Shown here piece after piece: positions 1-8,355 of a stretch of 13,133 nucleotides of DNA. This stretch comes from a virus, in the UHGV virus genome UHGV-1722641. The stretch is one strand, 5' to 3'. A model generated the notes under the pieces. It did not search any database. It was not told the origin of the DNA and saw nothing but the letters and a program-made list of their open reading frames with translations. Within the stretch, counting starts at the first letter, position 1. Each line of letters begins with the position of its first letter. Made by a program: the position numbers and the translations under genes.

Positions 1-931
1 GTTCGGCGGCGCTGGCGCGTCCCCGGTTGAACAGTTCACCCGACCAGAACGGGTAGGCGTCGTGCGCCAGCGTGGACGGGGTGGAGAAATAGGTCGAGCG
101 CAGGTGACTCTGTGAGGCCATACCTGATGCCACCTTACGCAGTACCTGAAAATTCGGGATCCAGAAAATCTCGTCGACGTACAGGTCGCCGTTATGGCTC
201 TGCGCGGTGTTGGAGTTGGTGCCGAGAAAAATCAGTTTTGCGCCGTTATTGCCCAGGACAATCGGGTCACCGGTCAGGTCAACGTCAACCAGCCGGGCAA
301 AGGCGATGATGTATTCGCGGAACACATACGCCTGCGTTTTACTGGCCGACAGAAAAATCTGGTTATGACCGGTTTTCAGGGCGCGCAGCAGCGCCTCGCG
401 GGAAAAATAAAACGTCGCGCCAATCTGGCGGGATTTCAGGATATCGCGGATGCGGTGCTCAAGCCCGGCGCGATACCAGTGCAACTGATAGTCGAAAGAC
501 TGCTCAAAGAAAATCTGCTCCAGCTTTTCGATGGCCTCGTCACTGAAAAAATTCTTTTTCGGTTTGCGACGCCCGCCTTTGTTGCGGTTAGCGACGTTCG
601 GATTAAGGTCTGCCTCGTTGCCGGTCTGGCTGTAGCGGTTGACCCGTGCCAGTCGTTCAATCTGGCGTCCCAGCAGGTCAATTTCCTTGAAGTCACCGCC
701 GGTTTTCTGCGGTTTGATGATGAGCTGGGTCAGCCGCGCTTCCAGACTCATTTCGACACGGCTGATGGGGGCAACGCTGTCCCAGCCGTCGCGCTGTTTC
801 CAGCTCTGCACCGTCGGGCGTTTCATCTGCAACATGGCGGCAATCTGCGGCACGGAAAACCCCTGCCAGTACAGCAGCGCCGCCTGACGACGCGGGTCGT
901 GTAAAAGAGTGGTGTCTGTGGTGATGGTCAT
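1..931 (-). CDS. P: Terminase large (ATPase) subunit gpP, N-terminal ~310 codons; 3' end of the gene lies beyond the window start
   Basis: Minus-strand ORF with ATG at 931..929 stays open to position 2. Translation begins MTITTDTTLLHDPRRQAALLYWQGFSVPQIAAM and ends ...FWSGELFNRGRASAAE at the edge, matching my recollection of P2 gpP. It is missing from the ORF track only because it is truncated. It sits divergent from O, as in P2. Confidence 0.9.
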   Translation of the reverse strand, partial: MTITTDTTLLHDPRRQAALLYWQGFSVPQIAAMLQMKRPTVQSWKQRDGWDSVAPISRVEMSLEARLTQLIIKPQKTGGDFKEIDLLGRQIERLARVNRYSQTGNEADLNPNVANRNKGGRRKPKKNFFSDEAIEKLEQIFFEQSFDYQLHWYRAGLEHRIRDILKSRQIGATFYFSREALLRALKTGHNQIFLSASKTQAYVFREYIIAFARLVDVDLTGDPIVLGNNGAKLIFLGTNSNTAQSHNGDLYVDEIFWIPNFQVLRKVASGMASQSHLRSTYFSTPSTLAHDAYPFWSGELFNRGRASAAE

Positions 932-1104
932 GAATACCTCGCCGTGATGAATACACGGCAAGGCTACTGAGTCGCGCCCCGCGATTCGCTAAGGTGCTGT
1001 TGTGTCAGTGATAAGCCATCCGGGACTGATGGCGGAGGATGCGCATCGTCGGGAAACTGATGCCGACATGTGACTCCTCTAATCACTATTCAGGACTCCT
1101 GACA
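932..1104. promoter_or_regulatory. Divergent intergenic region expected to carry the activator-dependent late promoters for P (leftward) and O (rightward)
   Basis: 173-bp gap between divergent P and O starts. In P2 this region holds the Ogr-dependent late promoters, whose upstream element is TGT-N12-ACA. I find only an imperfect TGT-N12-CCA at 1001..1018, so exact sites are not assigned. Confidence 0.45.
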
Positions 1105-1959
1105 ATGGCAAAAAAAGTCTCAAAATTCTTTCGTATCGGCGTTGAGGGTGACACCTGTGACGGGCGTGTCATCAGTGCGCAGGATATTCAGGAAATGGCC
1201 GAAACCTTTGACCCGCGAGTCTATGGTTGCCGCATTAACCTGGAACATCTGCGCGGCATCCTGCCTGACGGTATTTTTAAACGTTATGGCGATGTGGCCG
1301 AACTGAAGGCCGAAAAGATTGACGATGATTCGGCGCTGAAAGGCAAATGGGCGCTGTTTGCGAAAATCACCCCGACCGATGACCTTATCGCGATGAACAA
1401 GGCCGCGCAGAAGGTCTACACCTCAATGGAAATTCAGCCGAACTTTGCCAACACCGGCAAATGTTATCTGGTGGGTCTGGCCGTCACCGATGACCCGGCA
1501 AGCCTCGGCACGGAATACCTGGAATTCTGCCGCACGGCAAAACACAACCCCCTGAACCGCTTCAAATTAAGCCCTGAAAACCTGATTTCAGTGGCAACGC
1601 CTGTTGAGCTGGAATTTGAAGACCTGCCTGAAACCGTGTTCACCGCCCTGACCGAAAAGGTGAAATCCATTTTTGGCCGCAAACAGGCCAGCGATGACGC
1701 CCGTCTGAATGACGTGCATGAAGCGGTGACCGCTGTTGCTGAACATGTGCAGGAAAAACTGAGCGCCACTGAGCAGCGCCTCGCTGAGATGGAAACCGCC
1801 TTTTCCGCACTTAAGCAGGAGGTGACTGACAGGGCGGATGAAACCAGCCAGGCATTCACCCGCCTGAAAAACAGTCTCGACCACACCGAAAGTCTGACCC
1901 AGCAGCGCCGCAGCAAGGCCACCGGCGGTGGCGGTGACGCCCTGATGACGAACTGCTGA
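1105..1959 (+). CDS. O: Capsid scaffolding protein gpO
   Basis: Translation MAKKVSKFFRIGVEGDTCDGRV... (284 aa) matches recalled P2 gpO. The track ORF starts at 1039, but the ATG at 1105 gives the P2-length product. Position is directly upstream of the capsid gene. Confidence 0.9.
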   Translation: MAKKVSKFFRIGVEGDTCDGRVISAQDIQEMAETFDPRVYGCRINLEHLRGILPDGIFKRYGDVAELKAEKIDDDSALKGKWALFAKITPTDDLIAMNKAAQKVYTSMEIQPNFANTGKCYLVGLAVTDDPASLGTEYLEFCRTAKHNPLNRFKLSPENLISVATPVELEFEDLPETVFTALTEKVKSIFGRKQASDDARLNDVHEAVTAVAEHVQEKLSATEQRLAEMETAFSALKQEVTDRADETSQAFTRLKNSLDHTESLTQQRRSKATGGGGDALMTNC

Positions 1960-2017
1960 CCGGCGTCAGTCAGTCCGGGAAAACCTTCACGATTAACCCT
2001 TAATTTCAGGAAAAACT

Positions 2018-3091
2018 ATGCGCCAGGAAACCCGCTTTAAATTTAATGCCTACCTGTCCCGTGTTGCCGAACTGAACGGCATCGACGCCGGTGATGTGTC
2101 GAAAAAATTCACCGTTGAACCGTCGGTCACCCAGACCCTGATGAACACCATGCAGGAGTCCTCTGACTTTCTGACCCGCATCAACATTGTGCCGGTCAGC
2201 GAAATGAAAGGGGAAAAAATTGGTATCGGTGTCACCGGCTCCATCGCCAGCACCACCGACACCGCCGGTGGCACCGAGCGTCAGCCGAAGGACTTCTCGA
2301 AGCTGGCGTCAAACAAGTACGAATGCGACCAGATTAACTTCGATTTTTATATCCGCTACAAAACGCTGGACCTGTGGGCGCGTTATCAGGATTTCCAGCT
2401 CCGTGTCCGTAACGCCATTATCAAACGCCAGTCCCTTGATTTCATCATGGCCGGTTTTAACGGCGTGAAGCGTGCCGAAACCTCTGACCGCAGCAGTAAT
2501 CCGATGCTGCAGGATGTGGCGGTCGGCTGGCTGCAGAAATACCGCAATGAAGCCCCGGCGCGCGTGATGAGCAAGGTTACTGACGAGGAAGGTCACACGA
2601 CCTCTGAGGTCATCCGCGTGGGTAAGGGCGGTGATTATGCCAGCCTCGATGCACTGGTGATGGATGCGACCAACAACCTGATTGAGCCGTGGTATCAGGA
2701 AGACCCTGACCTTGTGGTGATTGTGGGGCGTCAGCTACTGGCGGACAAGTATTTCCCCATCGTCAACAAGGAGCAGGACAACAGCGAAATGCTGGCCGCT
2801 GACGTCATCATCAGCCAGAAACGCATCGGTAACCTGCCGGCGGTACGCGTCCCGTACTTCCCGGCGGATGCGATGCTCATCACGAAGCTGGAAAACCTGT
2901 CCATCTACTACATGGATGACAGCCATCGCCGCGTGATTGTGGAAAACCCGAAACTCGACCGCGTGGAGAACTACGAGTCAATGAACATTGATTACGTGGT
3001 GGAAGACTACGCCGCCGGTTGTCTGGTGGAAAAAATTAAGGTCGGTGATTTCTCCACACCGGCTAAAGCGACCGCAGAGCCGGGAGCGTAA
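2018..3091 (+). CDS. N: Major capsid protein gpN
   Basis: 357-aa ORF MRQETRFKFNAYLSRVAELNGIDAGDVSKKF... with an AGGA ribosome-binding site upstream. Length and sequence match recalled P2 gpN. Confidence 0.92.
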   Translation: MRQETRFKFNAYLSRVAELNGIDAGDVSKKFTVEPSVTQTLMNTMQESSDFLTRINIVPVSEMKGEKIGIGVTGSIASTTDTAGGTERQPKDFSKLASNKYECDQINFDFYIRYKTLDLWARYQDFQLRVRNAIIKRQSLDFIMAGFNGVKRAETSDRSSNPMLQDVAVGWLQKYRNEAPARVMSKVTDEEGHTTSEVIRVGKGGDYASLDALVMDATNNLIEPWYQEDPDLVVIVGRQLLADKYFPIVNKEQDNSEMLAADVIISQKRIGNLPAVRVPYFPADAMLITKLENLSIYYMDDSHRRVIVENPKLDRVENYESMNIDYVVEDYAAGCLVEKIKVGDFSTPAKATAEPGA

Positions 3092-3094
3092 CCG

Positions 3095-3838
3095 ATGACG
3101 AGTCCCGCACAGCGCCACATGATGCGGGTCTCGGCAGCGATGACCGCGCAGCGGGAAGCCGCCCCGCTGCGACATGCAACTGTCTATGAGCAGATGCTGG
3201 TCAAGCTGGCCGCAGACCAGCGCACACTGAAAGCGATTTATTCAAAAGAGCTGAAGGCCGCGAAAAAACGCGAACTGCTGCCGTTCTGGTTGCCGTGGGT
3301 GAACGGCGTGCTGGAGCAGGGCAAAGGTGCACAGGATGACATTCTGATGACGGTCATGCTGTGGCGTCTGGATACCGGCGATATTGCCGGTGCGCTGGAG
3401 ATTGCCCGTTATGCCCTGAAGTACGGTCTGACCATGCCGGGTAAACACCGCCGCACCCCGCCGTACATGTTCACCGAGGAGGTGGCGCTCGCGGCCATGC
3501 GCGCCCACGCTGCCGGTGAGTCTGTGGATACCCGCCTGCTGACGGAGACCCTTGAACTGACCGCCACGGCTGACATGCCTGATGAAGTGCGCGCAAAGCT
3601 GCACAAAATCACCGGTCTGTTTCTGCGTGACGCTGGTGATGCCGCCGGTGCGCTGGCTCACCTGCAACGTGCGACACAGCTCGACTGTCAGGCAGGCGTC
3701 AAAAAAGAGATTGAACGACTGGAGCGGGAGCTGAAACCGAAGCCGGAGCCGCAACCCAAAGCGGCCACCCGTGCCACGCGTAAGACCCGGAGCGTGACAC
3801 CGGCAAAACGTGGACGCCCGAAAAAGAAAGCCAGTTAA
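3095..3838 (+). CDS. M: Terminase small (endonuclease) subunit gpM
   Basis: 247-aa ORF MTSPAQRHMMRVSAAMTAQREAAPL... with a basic C-terminal tail (KRGRPKKKAS). It starts 3 nt after the N stop, as in P2. Confidence 0.9.
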   Translation: MTSPAQRHMMRVSAAMTAQREAAPLRHATVYEQMLVKLAADQRTLKAIYSKELKAAKKRELLPFWLPWVNGVLEQGKGAQDDILMTVMLWRLDTGDIAGALEIARYALKYGLTMPGKHRRTPPYMFTEEVALAAMRAHAAGESVDTRLLTETLELTATADMPDEVRAKLHKITGLFLRDAGDAAGALAHLQRATQLDCQAGVKKEIERLERELKPKPEPQPKAATRATRKTRSVTPAKRGRPKKKAS

Positions 3839-3867
3839 CAACCGAATGCGCCCCGCGCCAGGGCGGC

Positions 3868-3910
3868 ACGCCGGTCAGTGACGGTGAATCACCTGACACT
3901 GCACCGGCGT
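3868..3910 (+). other. GC-rich imperfect dyad symmetry in the M-L intergenic gap
   Basis: acgccggt (3868..3875) pairs with accggcgt (3903..3910); nested cagtg/cactg (3876..3880 / 3896..3900) and ggtga/tcacc (3883..3887 / 3890..3894). No T-tract follows. Confidence 0.3.
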
Positions 3911-3937
3911 CCACCGCCCGACTTTTCAGAGGTAGTC

Positions 3938-4447
3938 ATGATGACGCTGATTATTCCGCGAAAGGAGGCTCCCGTGTCCGGTGAGGGTACGGTGGTCATC
4001 CCGCAACCGGCAGGCGACGAGCCGGTGATTAAAAACACGTTCTTTTTTCCCGATATCGACCCGAAGCGCGTCCGGGAACGTATGCGCCTTGAGCAGACCG
4101 TCGCCCCCGCCCGTCTGCGTGAGGCCATCAAGTCAGGCATGGCTGAAACGAATGCGGAGCTGTACGAGTACCGCGAACAGAAAATTGCTGCCGGTTTTAC
4201 GCGTCTGGCGGACGTCCCGGCGGACGACATCGACGGTGAAAGCATCAAAGTTTTTTACTACGAGCGCGCCGTGTGTGCGATGGCGACCGCGTCGCTTTAT
4301 GAGCGTTATCGCGGCGTGGATGCCAGTGCGAAAGGCGACAAGAAGGCTGACAGCATTGACAGCACCATTGATGAACTGTGGCGGGATATGCGCTGGGCAG
4401 TGGCGCGCATCCAGGACAAGCCGCGCTGCATCGTGAGTCAAATCTGA
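3938..4447 (+). CDS. L: Head completion/stabilisation protein gpL
   Basis: Track ORF 3878..4447; P2-like start MMTLIIPRKEAPVSGEGTVVIP at ATG 3938, with GAGG a few bases upstream, giving 169 aa. Confidence 0.88.
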   Translation: MMTLIIPRKEAPVSGEGTVVIPQPAGDEPVIKNTFFFPDIDPKRVRERMRLEQTVAPARLREAIKSGMAETNAELYEYREQKIAAGFTRLADVPADDIDGESIKVFYYERAVCAMATASLYERYRGVDASAKGDKKADSIDSTIDELWRDMRWAVARIQDKPRCIVSQI

Positions 4448-4650
4448 TGAAGACCTTTGCGCTACAGGGCGACACGCTCGACGCCATTTGTGTCCGGTAT
4501 TACGGGCGCACTGAGGGCGTGGTTGAGACCGTGCTCGCCGCAAATCCGGGACTGGCTGAACTGGGTGCGGTGCTGCCGCACGGCACCGCCGTCGAACTGC
4601 CCGACGTTCAGACCGCGCCCGTGGCTGAAACTGTCAATCTGTGGGAGTAA
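4447..4650 (+). CDS. X: Tail protein gpX
   Basis: 67-aa product MKTFALQGDTLDAICVRYYGRTEGVVETVLAANPGLAELG...; its ATG overlaps the L stop (ATGA at 4445..4449). The track ORF from 4378 is an in-frame upstream extension. Confidence 0.85.
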   Translation: MKTFALQGDTLDAICVRYYGRTEGVVETVLAANPGLAELGAVLPHGTAVELPDVQTAPVAETVNLWE

Positions 4651-4653
4651 CGC

Positions 4654-4935
4654 ATGACAGCAGAAGAAAAAAGCGTCCTGTCGCTTTTCATGATTGGGGT
4701 GCTGATTGTTGTCGGCAAGGTGCTTGCCGGTGGTGAACCCATCACCCCGCGTCTGTTTATCGGGCGCATGTTGCTCGGTGGTTTTGTCTCGATGGTTGCC
4801 GGTGTTGTTCTGGTGCAGTTTCCTGACCTGTCACTGCCTGCGGTGTGCGGTATCGGCTCCATGCTGGGTATCGCCGGTTATCAGGTGATTGAGATTGCCA
4901 TTCAGCGCCGCTTTAAGGGCAGGGGGAAACCGTAA
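4654..4935 (+). CDS. Y: Holin gpY
   Basis: 93-aa hydrophobic protein MTAEEKSVLSLFMIGVLIVVGKVLAGG... with a charged C-terminus (RRFKGRGKP), immediately upstream of the endolysin gene. Confidence 0.88.
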   Translation: MTAEEKSVLSLFMIGVLIVVGKVLAGGEPITPRLFIGRMLLGGFVSMVAGVVLVQFPDLSLPAVCGIGSMLGIAGYQVIEIAIQRRFKGRGKP

Positions 4936-5432
4936 TGCCGGTAATTAACACGCATCAGAATATCGCCGCCTTTCTCGACATGCTGGCCGTGTCCGAAGGG
5001 ACGGCGAATCATCCGCTGACGAAAAACCGGGGCTATGACGTGATAGTCACCGGACTGGACGGGAAGCCGGAAATCTTCACCGACTACAGTGACCACCCGT
5101 TCGCACATGGCCGACCGGCGAAGGTGTTTAACCGTCGCGGTGAAAAATCCACGGCCTCCGGTCGCTATCAGCAGCTTTACCTGTTCTGGCCGCATTACCG
5201 CAAACAGCTTGCCCTGCCGGATTTCAGTCCGTTGTCACAGGACAGACTTGCCATTCAGTTGATCCGCGAACGCGGTGCACTGGATGACATCCGGGCGGGA
5301 CGCATTGAGCGCGCCATTTCACGCTGTCGCAATATCTGGGCGTCCCTGCCGGGTGCCGGTTACGGTCAGCGTGAGCATTCACTGGAAAAACTGGTCACCG
5401 TCTGGCGTACCGCTGGCGGCGTACCGGCTTAA
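4935..5432 (+). CDS. K: Endolysin (lysozyme) gpK
   Basis: 165-aa ORF MPVINTHQNIAAFLDMLAVSEGTANHPLTKNRGYDVIVTG..., matching recalled P2 gpK. The start overlaps the Y stop by one base (TAATG). Confidence 0.9.
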   Translation: MPVINTHQNIAAFLDMLAVSEGTANHPLTKNRGYDVIVTGLDGKPEIFTDYSDHPFAHGRPAKVFNRRGEKSTASGRYQQLYLFWPHYRKQLALPDFSPLSQDRLAIQLIRERGALDDIRAGRIERAISRCRNIWASLPGAGYGQREHSLEKLVTVWRTAGGVPA

Positions 5433-5446
5433 ACGGAGTAAACACC

Positions 5447-5872
5447 ATGAAGAAATTATCCCTTTCACTGATGCTGAACGTGTCGCTGGCGCTGATGCTG
5501 GCACTGTCCCTGATTTACCCGCAGAGCGTGGCCGTCAGTTTTGTCGCTGCCTGGGCGATTCTGGCGACGGTTATCTGTGTGGTTGCCGGTGGTGTCGGCG
5601 TGTATGCCACTGAGTATGTGCTGGAACGCTACGGGCGGGAGCTGCCGCCGGAATCGCTGGCCGTGAAGATTGTCACGTCGCTGTTTTTGCAGCCGGTGCC
5701 GTGGCGCAGACGGGCGGCGGCTCTGGTGGTGATGGTGGCGACGTTTATCTCGCTGGTCGCTGCCGGGTGGATTTTTACCGCGCTGATTTATCTTGTGGCG
5801 TCGGTGTTCTTCCGGCTGATTCGTACGGCCTGCCGTCAGCGTTTTGAGGGGCGGGAACCATGTCAAAGCTGA
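5447..5872 (+). CDS. lysA: LysA, membrane protein of the lysis cassette (putative antiholin)
   Basis: 141-aa highly hydrophobic protein MKKLSLSLMLNVSLALMLALSLIYPQ... with several predicted transmembrane segments and a GGAG ribosome-binding site upstream. Position after K matches P2. Confidence 0.85.
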   Translation: MKKLSLSLMLNVSLALMLALSLIYPQSVAVSFVAAWAILATVICVVAGGVGVYATEYVLERYGRELPPESLAVKIVTSLFLQPVPWRRRAAALVVMVATFISLVAAGWIFTALIYLVASVFFRLIRTACRQRFEGREPCQS

Positions 5873-6285
5873 TGATTGTGCTGGTCGTGTTGTTATCGCT
5901 GGCGGTGGCGTGGCTGTTTCTGGCGAAGCATGAAAACGCCAGCCTGCGCGCCTCACTGGACAGGGCGAACAGCGTCGCCAGCGGGCAGCAGACGACCATC
6001 ACCATGCTGAAAAATCAGCTTCATGTTGCGCTCACCAGGGCAGACAAAAACGAGCTGGCGCAGGTGGCACTGCGTCAGGAACTGGAGAACGCCGCGAAGC
6101 GTGAAGCACAGCGCGAGAAAACCATCACGAGGTTACTTAATGAAAACGAGGATTTTCGCCGCTGGTACGGTGCTGACCTGCCTGATGCTGTGCGCCGGTT
6201 GCACCAGCGCCCGGCCTGCGCCGACGCCAGTGATTGTCCACAACGCCTGCCCGAAAGTGAGCCTTTGCCCGATGCCGGGCAGTGA
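5860..6285 (+). CDS. lysB: LysB, Rz-like inner-membrane spanin
   Basis: 141-aa ORF with an N-terminal transmembrane segment (MSKLMIVLVVLLSLAVAWLFLA) followed by a charged, likely coiled-coil region. Start overlaps the lysA 3' end. Confidence 0.85.
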   Translation: MSKLMIVLVVLLSLAVAWLFLAKHENASLRASLDRANSVASGQQTTITMLKNQLHVALTRADKNELAQVALRQELENAAKREAQREKTITRLLNENEDFRRWYGADLPDAVRRLHQRPACADASDCPQRLPESEPLPDAGQ

Positions 6286-6430
6286 CCCGGAGACGAACGG
6301 CGATTTAAGTGCCGATATCCGGCAGCTTGAGAACGCGCTGGCACGCTGTGCCAGCCAGGTAAAAATGATTAAACACTGTCAGGACGAAAACGATGCTCAA
6401 ACCCGACAGCCTGCGCAGGGCGCTGACTGA
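6140..6430 (+). CDS. lysC: LysC, Rz1-like outer-membrane lipoprotein spanin, in the +1 frame relative to lysB
   Basis: Internal ATG at 6140 of track ORF 6023..6430, with ACGAGG a few bases upstream. Product MKTRIFAAGTVLTCLMLCAGCTSARPAPTPV... has a signal peptide, a lipobox-like CAGC and a Pro-rich mature region. It overlaps the lysB 3' end and the R start. Confidence 0.75.
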   Translation: MKTRIFAAGTVLTCLMLCAGCTSARPAPTPVIVHNACPKVSLCPMPGSDPETNGDLSADIRQLENALARCASQVKMIKHCQDENDAQTRQPAQGAD

Positions 6431-6860
6431 TGCCGTCACGGTGCTGAAAACTAACCCCGATATGCTGCGGATATTCGTGGATAACGGGAGTATTGCCTCC
6501 ACACTGGCGGCGTCGTTGTCATTCGAAAAGCGTTACACGCTCAATGTGATTGTGACCGACTTTACCGGTGATTTTGACCTGCTCATCGTGCCGGTGCTGG
6601 CGTGGCTGCGGGAAAATCAGCCCGACATCATGACCACCGACGCAGGCCAGAAAAAGGGCTTCACGTTTTATGCGGACATCAACAATGACAGCAGCTTTGA
6701 TATCAGCATCAGCCTGATGCTGACCGAGCGCACGCTGGTCAGTGAGGTGGACGGCGCGCTGCATGTGAAGAATATCCCGGAACCTCCGCCGCCGGAGCCG
6801 GTCACCCGCCCGATGGAGCTGTATATCAATGGCGAACTGGTGAGCAAGTGGGATGAATGA
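6393..6860 (+). CDS. R: Tail completion protein gpR
   Basis: 155-aa ORF MLKPDSLRRALTDAVTVLKTNPDMLRIFVDNGS..., matching recalled P2 gpR. Confidence 0.88.
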   Translation: MLKPDSLRRALTDAVTVLKTNPDMLRIFVDNGSIASTLAASLSFEKRYTLNVIVTDFTGDFDLLIVPVLAWLRENQPDIMTTDAGQKKGFTFYADINNDSSFDISISLMLTERTLVSEVDGALHVKNIPEPPPPEPVTRPMELYINGELVSKWDE

Positions 6861-7305
6861 GTTTAAGCGTTTTGAAGACCGGCTGACCGGACTGATTGAA
6901 TCGCTGTCACCGTCAGGGCGTCGGCGACTGAGTGCCGAACTGGCGAAACGTCTGCGGCAGAGTCAGCAGCGCCGGGTGATGGCACAGAAAGCCCCGGACG
7001 GCACACCCTACGCGCCACGCCAGCAGCAGAGCGCCAGAAAAAAGACCGGTCGTGTTAAGCGAAAAATGTTTGCGAAACTTATCACCAGTCGTTTTTTGCA
7101 TATCCGCGCCAGCCCGGAACAGTCATCAATGGAGTTTTACGGCGGGAAGTCACCGAAAATCGCCAGTGTGCATCAGTTCGGTCTGTCGGAAGAAAACCGG
7201 AAAGACGGTAAGAAAATTGATTATCCGGCGCGTCCTCTGCTCGGCTTTACCGGTGAGGATGTGCAGATGATTGAAGAGATTATCCTGGCTCACCTCGACC
7301 GTTAG
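6853..7305 (+). CDS. S: Tail completion protein gpS
   Basis: 150-aa ORF MNEFKRFEDRLTGLIESLSPSGRRRLSAELAKRL...; overlaps the R 3' end by 8 nt. Confidence 0.88.
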   Translation: MNEFKRFEDRLTGLIESLSPSGRRRLSAELAKRLRQSQQRRVMAQKAPDGTPYAPRQQQSARKKTGRVKRKMFAKLITSRFLHIRASPEQSSMEFYGGKSPKIASVHQFGLSEENRKDGKKIDYPARPLLGFTGEDVQMIEEIILAHLDR

Positions 7306-7371
7306 TTGTGCCATTCCTGACACCTCATCGTCACATTGCCGCCGGTATGACCCGGCGGCATCCTTCCCGTT
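7306..7371 (+). promoter_or_regulatory. Putative late promoter region upstream of V, with TGT-N12-ACC at 7307..7324 and a GC-rich hairpin at 7337..7360
   Basis: 66-bp S-V gap. The TGT...ACC element is one mismatch from the P2 late-promoter dyad TGT-N12-ACA. A 9-bp perfect inverted repeat tgccgccgg / ccggcggca with a 6-nt loop is followed by a pyrimidine-rich tccttcccgtt. Confidence 0.35.
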
Positions 7372-8007
7372 ATGAACACTCTCGCAAATATTCAGGAACT
7401 CGCGCGCGCACTGCGCAACATGATTCGCACCGGCCTTGTCGTCGAAACCGACCTTAACGCCGGTCGCTGCCGTGTGCAGACCGGCGGCATGTGCACCGAC
7501 TGGCTTCAGTGGCTGACCCATCGCGCCGGACGTTCGCGCACATGGTGGGCACCTTCCGTGGGGGAACAGGTGCTGATTCTGGCCGTGGGCGGTGAACTCG
7601 ACACGGCGTTCGTTCTGCCGGGGATTTATTCCGGCGATAACCCCGCGCCGTCTGCGTCGGCGGATGCCCTGCATATCCGTTTCCCTGACGGGGCGGTGAT
7701 TGAGTATGAACCCGAAACCAGTGCACTCACGGTAAGCGGAATTAAAACGGCCAGCGTGACGGCTTCTGATTCTGTTACTGCCACGGTGCCGGTGGTCATG
7801 GTGAAAGCATCAACCCGCGTCACCCTGGACACACCGGAGGTGGTCTGCACCAACAGGCTGATTACCGGCACGCTGGAAGTGCAGAAGGGCGGGACGATGC
7901 GCGGCAACATTGAACACACCGGCGGTGAACTCTCATCAAACGGTAAGGTACTGCATACCCATAAACACCCCGGCGACAGCGGCGGCACAACCGGGAGTCC
8001 TCTATGA
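7372..8007 (+). CDS. V: Baseplate spike / assembly protein gpV
   Basis: 211-aa ORF MNTLANIQELARALRNMIRTGLVVETDLNAGRCRVQTGG..., matching recalled P2 gpV. Confidence 0.9.
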   Translation: MNTLANIQELARALRNMIRTGLVVETDLNAGRCRVQTGGMCTDWLQWLTHRAGRSRTWWAPSVGEQVLILAVGGELDTAFVLPGIYSGDNPAPSASADALHIRFPDGAVIEYEPETSALTVSGIKTASVTASDSVTATVPVVMVKASTRVTLDTPEVVCTNRLITGTLEVQKGGTMRGNIEHTGGELSSNGKVLHTHKHPGDSGGTTGSPL

Positions 8008-8351
8008 CAGCGCGTTATCTCGGAATGAATCGCAGTGATGGCCTGACTGTCACTGACCTTGAGCATATCAGCCAGAGTATCGGCGATATCCTGCGCACAC
8101 CGGTCGGCTCACGGGTGATGCGTCGTGATTACGGCTCGTTGCTGGCGTCAATGATTGACCAGCCGCAGACCCCGGCGCTTGAGTTGCAGATTAAGGTCGC
8201 CTGTTACATGGCGGTGCTGAAATGGGAACCCCGCGTCACCCTGTCATCCGTCACCACGGCGCGCAGCTTTGACGGGCGAATGACGGTCACGTTAACCGGC
8301 CAGCACAACGACACCGGCCAGCCACTTTCGTTAACCATCCCTGTGAGTTGA
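8004..8351 (+). CDS. W: Baseplate wedge protein gpW
   Basis: 115-aa ORF MTARYLGMNRSDGLTVTDLEHISQSIGDILRTPVGSRV...; ATGA overlap with the V stop and GGGAG upstream. Confidence 0.9.
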   Translation: MTARYLGMNRSDGLTVTDLEHISQSIGDILRTPVGSRVMRRDYGSLLASMIDQPQTPALELQIKVACYMAVLKWEPRVTLSSVTTARSFDGRMTVTLTGQHNDTGQPLSLTIPVS

Positions 8352-8355
8352 AACC

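Noticed and set aside
194-904. 236-aa plus-strand ORF (and the 65-aa ORF at 112..309)
   Set aside because: Antisense to the terminase gene P, which fills this interval on the minus strand with a recognisable product. The plus-strand translation is low-complexity and R/G/A-rich, typical of an antisense frame in GC-rich DNA.
1039-1104. In-frame upstream extension of gpO (track start at 1039), and similar extensions for gpL (3878), gpX (4378) and lysC (6023)
   Set aside because: The downstream ATGs (1105, 3938, 4447, 6140) give P2-length products, and those at 3938 and 6140 have a ribosome-binding site; the extensions would overlap upstream genes or regulatory DNA.
3242-3841. 199-aa minus-strand ORF
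   Set aside because: Antisense to terminase small subunit gene M; GC-rich frame artefact.
5465-5956. 163-aa minus-strand ORF
   Set aside because: Antisense to lysA/lysB; the R/H/Q-rich translation resembles no protein family and leaves no room given the sense-strand genes.
7150-7674. 174-aa minus-strand ORF spanning the S-V junction
   Set aside because: Antisense to S and V; Arg-rich start (MQGIRRRRRRG) and no ribosome-binding site.
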